Shown here: one piece after another, positions 1-10,200 of the stretch
How the letters are laid out: each line of letters opens with the position of its first letter
Position numbering within the stretch: position 1 is the first letter of the stretch
DNA from: Nemertoderma westbladi
Taxonomy: Eukaryota; Animalia; Xenacoelomorpha
DNA: 37,979 nt
NCBI GenBank assembly: GCA_032718475.1
Contig: JAUCBJ010005684.1
Coordinates: 1-37,979, forward strand
Reading direction: 5' to 3'
Position numbers and translations under genes: made by a program
Notes under the pieces: generated by a model
Told to the model about the DNA's origin: nothing
The model's input: only the letters and a program-made list of their open reading frames with translations
The model's database searches: none

Positions 1-276
1 TATGGGTAAAAGTTCAACACAGCAATTCGTCTTGTGGTATGGGTAAAAGTTCAACACAGCAATTCGTCTTGCGGTATGGGTAAAAGTTAAACACAGCAAT
101 TCGTCTTGTGGTATGGGTAAAAGTTCAACACAGCAATTCGTCTTGTGGTATGGGTAAAAGTTAAACACAGCAATTCGTCTTGTGGTATGGGTAAAAGTTC
201 AACACAGCAATTCGTCTTGCGGTATGGGTAAAAGTTCAACACAGCAATTCGTCTTGTGGTATGGGTAAAAGTTCAA
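1..276. repeat. 37-bp tandem minisatellite (TATGGGTAAAAGTTCAACACAGCAATTCGTCTTGTGG), ~7.5 copies, cut by window start
   Basis: Units start at 1, 38, 75, 112, 149, 186, 223 and 260. The only variants are TTC/TTA and GTG/GCG; there are no spacers. Confidence 0.95.
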
Positions 277-1215
277 GAACAATTCGTCGATGTCGATCGT
301 AAAACTGCAGAAACATAGTGTTATTGTTGGGATTACATCAACGTGTGCTGTGCAGTACTTTGTAACTCATTTCAATACTATTCATATGCTATCAATTACC
401 ATGCGGTTTTGGTTCGTTAAGTTTTCAACTCGTTTTGACTTCAATTCGTCCAAAACCCATCTGGGTAGAGATAACAAATCCCATACCATTACATAATAAT
501 GCAATTCTTTGGTTAATTCTTACTTATAAAGTAAAAAGTTTACTTGAATATTGAATTATTTTATATTTTTTACTAAGTAATAGAAATATTGATATTATGT
601 AATTTATTAATAGTAAGTAATTTATTACTCCATGAAAATATTTGATATATTTGATAAAATTCAAATGTAATTATTTCAGACAAATACTGATATGTTGAAT
701 CTTTTTTGATGTACAAAAGTTTATTTTCTCTTTTCTTCGATTCTTTGAATTACTGAGTAAAATGTGAATATTGTACAATTGTGCAATAGTATTAAACATC
801 CACACATTTTGTAAAACTGAAAAATATGTTTTTATTCTTTGATATTATTGTTGGGTTTAAATCAAATTTGAAATATTTTTGGTACTAAACAAGTTCCCCA
901 ATGTCCCGTCAACACCGTCGGTTGACTGTATAGTTCGGTCGAACTGTTCGAAACCGAATCATCCGAACCGATTCCTCCGTTTCTGGACCGAATTGTTCTG
1001 CTTTACTCTAATCAATTTTCTAAATACTGTATATACCAAATACATAGAAATAAACACAACGTTAATAATTAACTCATGTATACTATATTAACTGTTGTAG
1101 ACTCTGTCGATGAGCGGGACGGTATATACTTCATATGACATTATTATCCAGTTTATTTTCCTTTTTATTAATTATTATCTATAGTATTTTTAATTATTGT
1201 TATATTTTCTTACAG

Positions 1216-1266
1216 CTACTACACAGCCAGCAATGAACACAACTTCAATTGAAAATACAACATTAG
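1216..1266 (+). CDS. Coding exon, 51 nt, Thr-rich (xTTQPAMNTTSIENTTL) with two NTT N-glycosylation sequons
   Basis: Acceptor ttttcttacag and donor G|gtaagt; phase 1-1. Composition matches the next exon. Confidence 0.75.
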
Positions 1267-4200
1267 GTAAGTTGCTGGCGGGATCCAACGTCCATGTCAT
1301 AAGTCATTGATACATTAAATCAATGCACAATATCGGACAATGACATATATCTTATATATATTGTATATACTGTATTATATTATATATACATCAGAAGAAT
1401 ATACTTTCCCAATGGGTGTTCGGGAAGAGTTGGGATCTATAGTGTCCATTAGCCAACTCTACTATGTATTATTTTGATTTTATTTATTCAAATACTATTG
1501 TTTCAAATCATCACTACAAAATCATTGCAACCTTCCTTATTAATAAAATAATGGAATTATGTTATTGAATTACGACTTTCTATTGTAATATACGTTGTCT
1601 GTTTGTTTAAAGCTGTTACAACCGTGAATCAAACAACAGCTGGCACAGGTTCTACAACAGCTGGTACAGGTTCCACAACCGCTGGCACAGGTTCTACAAC
1701 AGCTGGAACAGGTTCAACAACCGCTGGTACAGGTGCAACCGCAGGCACAGGTTCTACAACCGCTGGTACAGGTGCAACTGCAGGCACAGGTTCTACAACC
1801 GCTGGTACAGGTGCAACCGCAGGAACAGGTTCTACAACCGCTGGTACAGGTGCAACCGCAGGCACAGGTTCTACAACCGCTGGTACAGGTGCAACTGCAG
1901 GCACAGGTTCTACAACCGCTGGTACAGGTGCAACCGCAGGAACAGGTTCTACAACCGCTGGTACAGGTGCAACCGCAGGAACAGGTTCTACAACCGCTGG
2001 TACAGGTGCAACCGCAGGCACAGGTTCTACAACCGCTGGTACAGGTGCAACTGCAGGCACAGGTTCTACAACCGCTGGTACAGGTGCAACCGCAGGAACA
2101 GGTTCTACAACCGCTGGTACAGGTGCAACCGCAGGCACAGGTTCTACAACCGCTGGTACAGGTGCAACTGCAGGCACAGGTTCTACAACCGCTGGTACAG
2201 GTGCAACCGCAGGCACAGGTTCTACAACCGCTGGTACAGGTGCAACTGCAGGCACAGGTTCTACAACCGCTGGTACAGGTGCAACCGCAGGCACAGGTTC
2301 TACAACCGCTGGTACAGGTGCAACTGCAGGCACCGGTTCTACAACCGCTGGTACAGGTGCAACCGCAGGCACAGGTTCTACAACCGCTGGTACAGGTGCA
2401 ACCGCAGGCACAGGTTCTACAACCGCTGGTACAGGTGCAACTGCAGGCACAGGTTCTACAACCGCTGGTACAGGTGCAACCGCAGGCACAGGTTCTACAA
2501 CCGCTGGTACAGGTGCAACCGCAGGAACAGGTTCTACCACCGCTGGTACAGGTGCAACTGCAGGCACAGGTTCTACAACCGCTGGTACAGGTGCAACCGC
2601 AGGCACAGGTTCTACAACCGCTGGTACAGGTGCAACTGCAGGCACGGGTTCTACAACCGCTGGTACAGGTGCAACTGCAGGCACAGGTTCTACAACCGCT
2701 GGTACAGGTGCAACCGCAGGAACAGGTTCTACAACCGCTGGTACAGGTGCAACTGCAGGCACAGGTTCTACAACCGCTGGTACAGGTGCAACCGCAGGAA
2801 CAGGTTCTACCACCGCTGGTACAGGTGCAACTGCAGGCACAGGTTCTACAACCGCTGGTACAGGTGCAACCGCAGGCACAGGTTCTACAACCGCTGGTAC
2901 AGGTGCAACCGCAGGCACAGGTTCTACAACCGCTGGTACAGGTGCAACTGCAGGCACGGGTTCTACAACCGTTGGTACAGGTGCAACTGCAGGGACAGGT
3001 TCTACAACCGCTGGTACAGGTGCAACCGCAGGAACAGGTTCTACAACCGCTGGTACAGGTGCAACTGCAGGCACAGGTTCTACAACCGCTGGTACAGGTG
3101 CAACCGCAGGAACAGGTTCTACCACCGCTGGTACAGGTGCAACTGCAGGCACAGGTTCTACAACCGCTGGTACAGGTGCAACCGCAGGCACAGGTTCTAC
3201 AACCGCTGGTACAGGTGCAACTGCAGGCACGGGTTCTACAACCGCTGGTACAGGTGCAACTGCAGGCACAGGTTCTACAACCGCTGGTACAGGTGCAACC
3301 GCAGGAACAGGTTCTACAACCGCTGGTACAGGTGCAACTGCAGGCACAGGTTCTACAACCGCTGGTACAGGTGCAACCGCAGGCACAGGTTCTACAACCG
3401 CTGGTACAGGTGCAACCGCAGGCACAGGTTCTACAACCGCTGGTACAGGTGCAACCGCAGGAACAGGTTCTACCACCGCTGGTACAGGTGCAACTGCAGG
3501 CACAGGTTCTACAACCGCTGGTACAGGTGCAACCGCAGGCACAGGTTCTACAACCGCTGGTACTGGTGCAAATGCAGGCACGGGTTCTACAACCGCTGGT
3601 ACAGGTGCTAATGCAGGCACAGGTTCTACAACCGCTGGTACAGGTGCAACCGCAGGCACAGGTTCTACAACCGCTGGTACAGGTGCAACCGCCGGCACAG
3701 GTTCTACAACCGCTGGTACAGGTGCAACCGCAGGCACAGGTTCTACAACCGCTGGTACAGGTGCAACTGCAGGCACAGGTTCTACAACCGCTGGTACCGG
3801 TGCAACCGCTGGTACAGGTGCAACTGCAGGCACAGGTTCTACAACCGCTGGTACAGGTGCAACCGCAGGAACAGGTTCTACAACCGCTGGTACAGGTGCA
3901 ACTGCAGGCACAGGTTCTACAACCGCTGGTATGGTGTATTCAACAGATGCTTCAGGTTTGTTATTATTTAGTGAATTACATATGAATGTGAGTGTTGCGA
4001 GTGAGACCCATATATTACCTCATCACCTTAAGGTTGTAGGGTACCCTAATAATATTAAAAAAACAAAATTTTCGAAATCTTTTTTGACTATTTAAGATAA
4101 AAATTACAGAAATATTTATAGGAATATATTTTTAGGATATATTTTATAGGAATAGGATAAGCCTAAGGTGCCAAAATGTCTGTCGGTATGTCGGTCGGTC

Positions 4201-7200
4201 TGTCTGAAAAGTCTGTCAAATCTGCAAGACTGACAGACCGACAGAAAGACAGTCCACATTTGGTTAAACTCAAAAACTGTCATCAAAAATGAAATCACCG
4301 ACCAGGAAAACCCCTAGGTCGGTATTTTTAGGCAGGTGGTGTACTTAATTATTTTTTACAACCAGTTTGAATAATCCCTCGTTTTATAAAAAATGACGCA
4401 AAGCTTTGAAAACTTTGAATGTCTTTTTCTCGAAAAGTAATTTTTTGTGTTTTTTTTTGTTGACACAAAGTTACTCTTTTATGAGGAACTACTGGACGAG
4501 ATGTCATGAAATTTTAGGAAATGTTCACAACAACGATTGGCCTAGGCATGACTAGAATTTTGTTGGTTAGGTGCTTTCTTAAGAAGTTATTAAGAAAACA
4601 GTAGTTGTTGAAATTTAGATATTTGGTCAAAAACCGGGCATTGTTTACAAAAATTGCCGTGAACAAAAAAATTTTCAAATTTTTATTTTTTTTAGTCTTG
4701 CTCTTGTCCGAATGGTTGATACAGCTACCTGCAAAATTTCAGGAAATTTTATTTACGAGTTCTCTCAAAAAGGTATATTTTATTTAATAGTATAACATTA
4801 AGAAAACCTTGGGATACCCTACAACCTTAACTATTTATACAATTAATTGGTTTTAGCGCAGGTCATGATGTATGAAATTTGACATGTATTTTAGTGTAAA
4901 TTATTAAGGATGCAGATTTTATAGATATAGATATTTCAGATTTAATGAACCCGAAACAAATTATTAATACCACGTGTCTGAAAAAAACATGAGACAAAAA
5001 AATCTGTAATTCCATGACGTAATGTCCTACTAATATCATTATAGTATTATATATAGTTACTAATTAATATATTAATTATTAATTAATATATTATATATAC
5101 TGTAGTAATAATGGCAGTCCACGTATTGCCAGACTACTAACAATGGTAATGATCTAAGGAACTCGTAGATTCACCTTCAGATGTATACTGTATGTATAGG
5201 GCAGAAGGTTATCAATGTAAACAAAAATTGACTTCAGCCATTAATTAGGCCAGGGATTTTGTTGCATCTTTGCACGGTTCAGTGAAGAATTTAGTGAAGA
5301 ATTCAGTAGTTCGGTTCGCCGGGTTCATTATTATTATTATTATTCCCGGATTACGCCCCGGTGGCTGTAATTAGTAAAATGGTCTGACGATATGAAATAA
5401 AATATACAGACAAGAATTTACAAAAGTTACAATTATACCATTATTATTAAAATTATACAATTATAATATTATAATACGGCGTAGCTAATGTAAGCTAAGA
5501 TCTAGAACAGATATATCTAGAATTAAGATCTATATGGGTCTCATTCGAATACAGTGAACATATCTTCAATTGTTTAGCACCAAATCATCCAAATTAACAA
5601 TTAATAAATTAAGGGACATGTATAAACACTTTTTATTAACGTTAAAATGTAGGCACAGGTAGATCACTAAGAACAATGTTTACAGGGCTGAAATTATTAC
5701 ACGGCATAGGTAAAATATGATAACATACCCATGGTATAGATCATCAAAATGGAAGGGTTGGTGCGTAATACTTAGACTGTCAGTGTAAACTCGCGGATTA
5801 GATCCATTTTAGTACTGTATGGGGCGTCGGCATTGTTTAATATTGATTGGAAGTATAGGCTGCAAAAGTGTTCCTCTGGAGTCAACGAGTTCAGGAGGTA
5901 TGGGAATTTGCAATTGCGGATGCAAAGATTTAGTTTATATAGGTGGGTTGCCAATGATATTAATGAAGGTAAGCCTACTTTCCATGAGTTCATCATATAT
6001 ACCTTGTATAGTTCAATACAATCTTCCCCGCTAAGATGGATACTGAGTAGTCGGCCAAACAAGTAAGTCAGCTTATCATTATGACTATTGAATATATTAT
6101 ATATCGACCGGCATTGATGTGCAAGGATGGTATTAGAGAGATCTGCAGATCCAAAGAACACGTTTAATACCTTGTTTTTAATGTAATTCCCCGCATGCAG
6201 TATCGATCGCATACCCTTCCTACATGTAGTTGCAACATCATCTATTAGTTTAGTACTCAGTGATGATGATCCATAAGTAATGCTCGGGATGCATACTGAC
6301 CTCCATATTGTAGCTGTCACATTTAACGAGACTGGGTTTGGCTTTAGACCGCGGGATGAAAGCATTGAGAAGTTCATCCATATCTTGCTGGTAAACAAGT
6401 CCTTTAGGTTTTTATCCGTACCTGGTAAGGGTAGACCCATATATGTGCAGGTTGGCTCAGAAAAAAGGGTGTCACCAATTATCTTTAATGATTCTCCAAT
6501 AGACATTGAGCTATCCGGGTTCGACACGATAATGTGGGTTTTCTTTATATTAATCTTCAAATTGAGTTCTGTCAGTGAGTTAGTCAGTATATTAGTTAGA
6601 GCCTCGATATCATGTATGGAGTTAGCAAGCACAATGATATCGTCAGCATAGCTGACAATTGAGAAAGATTGGTGCCCTAAGTGAATTCCCAGGCCACTGT
6701 TGACTATTTCGTTCACCATTTCAGCAATGTAGAAATTAAACAAGAGGGGTGACAGGACCCCACCTTGCCGAACTCCTTGACCAAGATGAATCCCTTCACT
6801 GTGTATGTATCCATCACAATTCAGGAACGCCAAGGAGTTCCTATAGTAAGATTCAATAGCATTCACGAGTTTATTATTTAGCTTGGTCTGTCGAAGTTTG
6901 TCAAAAAGCTTATGATAGCTGACTTTATCGAAAGCTGAAGATAGGTCGAGGGAGAGCATGTATATTGGAGAGTTCTTCTTGTTGAAATATTTTATGAGGT
7001 TATTAACTGTTAGGTATGCAGATTCGGAGCTTAAGTTTTCCTTGTATCCCATCTGGAGGTCATTTGTCTTGAGGATTTCTTTCATATCACCCTTAATGGT
7101 AATCTCCCACAACTTTGCAAGTGTTGCTAAAATGGTGATCATTCTTGAATTATTTCCTGGAGCAATCTGTAGCTTCTGGTTCTTAGATGGTTTTGGTACT

Positions 7201-10200
7201 GCCAACATTAGTCCTGTGCACAGAATCTTTGGACATTCACCACTATAATTAATTTGGTTAAATATATCGGCAATAAATTTACATAAAATATGTGAGGACC
7301 CATAGTGGAGATGTTCAGATTGAATGTTATAATAATCCCCTGTTTTCCCCTTATTAAGTTCTTTTATATTTTCTTCAATGGTTAATGCAGTCACAAATTT
7401 ATTAGCTTGTTTGGAGTCATTATAGACCGGATTTATGTTGCTTGGGCACGTATGCGTATGGTCACTTGGTTGTGGAGCTTCTGTGGGATTATCAGCATTG
7501 AAGTGACTTTTGAGTTCGTTGTGAAGAGTGTCTGCAGCAGTGGGTGACATAGGTTTCCTTGGTTTGACCATCTTTATCAATTTCCAGAAATGTTGTGGGT
7601 TTCTGGTTGATTCTGCTAGCTCCTTAATATGAGAGTTATAAGAGTGGTACATGCTCTGTTGGTTGCTCTTGAGTAGTGCCCTGTGCTCCAGGTAGCACTG
7701 CATATAATATAGGTGGCTCTCTGTATCTGATATCCCCCCATGTCTCTTATATATCTTTTTGGCTTCTTTCAGTTTCTTTTCACATTTTTGAAGTTCATTG
7801 TGTCAAGGACAATGAACACATCTCCAGTCAGACTCTCTATACAACATTGGAGGTGTTTCATTAGTCTTCCCTAGCTTGACACTTGAACGGAACCGCCTCC
7901 GCTTTGCAGGACATTGCTTTCGCCGTGTGCACCAGCCAGTGCATAATCTTGTGCGTTGATGGCCTCATGGAGCGAATAAGAATGGTGGACATCCCATGAG
8001 TATCTTGAGACGCATCCTTAACCCTATTAAACCCGGGGGGGGGGCGGTGTCAATATGACCCCACCCCGTGTGTTATAACTCTGAAACAAACGCAGTAGGG
8101 AATCTGAAATTTTATGACTTTTCTTAAAAATCTTGTTTCTTGCGTTATATGGGTTTTTGAGAGTCCTGAATCCGATGGAATCAATAAAAACTGCACTGGA
8201 CATCTCAATCTTGTACTTTTGGGTGATGGGTTCGCAATTTGGTGCTAGCACCAAAATTTGCCATAATACGCCGAAAAATACGAGTAGCAATGATCTGATA
8301 ACTAAGAAATGTATTCCATTAGAATCAGCGCCCCAGAAAACCTGAAAATGTGAATTTAAAGCATCGTATAAGTGAATTAAAAATTTTGTGTTCAAACTGA
8401 AAAGTGCTAATTACTTGTTTTTTTCACTTTTTGCCTACGTAGAGGTCTAAAACAGCCATTTATAGTATATTTATAGTATATAGTATATATGCAAAAGCAT
8501 TTATCAGATCGTTTTTAAATATTTTCAAATGGAATTTGCGCCACTGAAAACCTGTATTAAAGACAATTAGCCGAAAATTGTAACTTTCAAATTTTATGAA
8601 AATTGTTCACTACTTGTAATTTTGGTGCTACCAAATTATCACACCATCATCTCAGCCTAGGCTGAGATGATTGGGGAGTAATTTCAAGAGGGAGTTATCT
8701 CAGCCTTGTACACCGGTACTAATAGGGTTAAAGGACACTGGCCTTGAAGATGCGGATGATCTAGCAAATGTCATGGGTAATAGGGAGTTGTGGTGGTGGA
8801 ATTTTGTCGACAAGCCGGCACAGCATTCTTAATATATATGTGATATATATAATGCAGATGCAATGCAGCATGCCGATAATAGTAGTAGTAAGCATGAGAG
8901 TAAAGAGCTTGGCCGTGGATCTACCCTTAATCATGAATGTTTTCTAGCTACAACCTAACTGCATTTTAAGTTTGATATTAACCTTAATTTAAATTTGGTT
9001 TTAATATTAATAAATATGTATTCCTTTTAATACTTGTCCCAATGCCATTCGCCTCGCATAGAGGCGTACATTTTCATTATATTATATATTAGGCTAGCAA
9101 ATGCGTGCAGGATTGCACACAAAGTCTGAATTCTGATATCTAATGCATTCCCTCCAAAAGCTACAATTCAAAAATTTCCCATTTAGCTACAATTCAAAGA
9201 TGCAAGGCAGAGAAGCACCTTCCTGGCTAGTCACTTTAAATAATTCGAGCTGAAACGGAAGCGATACTGGCCTGTGTCCGGGAATCGAACCCATTGTTTT
9301 AATGACCAAAATGTTCTGCAGGAAAAAAATTATGTAGTTCTTATTTTTATATAGATGAGTGCACCATTAATTCTGGAAATGTTGCATTTTCGTTATTATT
9401 TACTCTTATTTTTAAAGAAAATAAAGGAGAAGGCATTATCCAGTGATTGGCGTGCTAAATAGTTTAGCTGCGACCTGTTTTTCCGTCGACAGGTTGAACG
9501 TGAGAAGTGTAAGAAGAGTCTTATAGTCGGTAATATACGGTGTGGGAAAATTTGTATTTTTTGCATTCTTTTGACGATAATGTGCACATCCCACATATTC
9601 TATTATTATCACTACCCCCTTAGGTTGCTCATACACCGAGTGGATTAAACTCGGAGACTGCAGCAGTACATGTGGCAGCGGTATGCAGAATTATACCAGA
9701 ACTGTAGTTACAACCGGTAACCCCCTATGCACAGATATCAGAAAGGAAGAAGAATGCAACACCCAAGACTGTCCAGGTAAGATTATTTACAAAATATATC
9801 GGCACCGTATACTACATACTTGTTGTTTAGCAGTCTTCATGGTATCGCAAAGAAGACTACCACTTACCATCAGCTTATTGCAAACAGTCGCAGTGTCATG
9901 GACAACATCTATTTACATCAACATCTATTTACTCAGGAGCTTCTGATATTATTTTTACTATTTTTGCGTTGCACTTTTGGTTTATTGTATAATATGTGCC
10001 GAAAAATCGACTGACTGTTGTTGAAATTGAAATTGAAAGGTAGTTTATATTATTGTTGAATATTTAACCTGAGGAATCTTTGAATTGGAAGACACAATGT
10101 GGTATATGGTTGGCCGTTCCTGAGTTATTAAATTATGAACGCGTAAAAAGCGGTCAAGCGAATCAATTCAGGATTAGGACACGTCTGTTACGCAATTAAT

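Noticed and set aside
1-276. CRISPR array (37-bp repeats)
   Set aside because: The units are directly adjacent with no unique spacers, there are no cas genes, and the context is eukaryotic.
1629-3911. 760-aa Pro/Val/Ala antisense ORF
   Set aside because: Shadow of the stop-free 39-bp repeat; it shares third codon positions with the sense frame. Splice sites and neighbouring exons support the + strand.
1733-3985. 750-aa Gln-rich ORF
   Set aside because: Alternative frame of the same repeat. The variants are non-synonymous here (P/L, A/E, Q/R), and its phase does not fit the flanking exons.
3956-4095. C-terminal tail of ORF 1603..4095 as real coding sequence
   Set aside because: It lies after the splice donors and runs into a DNA transposon, so it is most likely intron read-through.
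5819-7248. Small + strand ORFs overlapping the RT
   Set aside because: Antisense shadows of the LINE ORF with no recognisable motifs.
5772-7703. Retron, group II intron or other bacterial RT system linked to the repeat arrays
   Set aside because: The motifs and the (TAA)n tail are those of a eukaryotic non-LTR element, and nothing links it functionally to the arrays.
9268-9293. tRNA gene
   Set aside because: Only a T-arm/B-box is present with no cloverleaf; better explained as a SINE head.
9355-9445. Possible EGF-like exon (DECTINSGN...) after a tag acceptor
   Set aside because: Only one Cys, no convincing donor, and the frame runs through AT-rich sequence to a stop.
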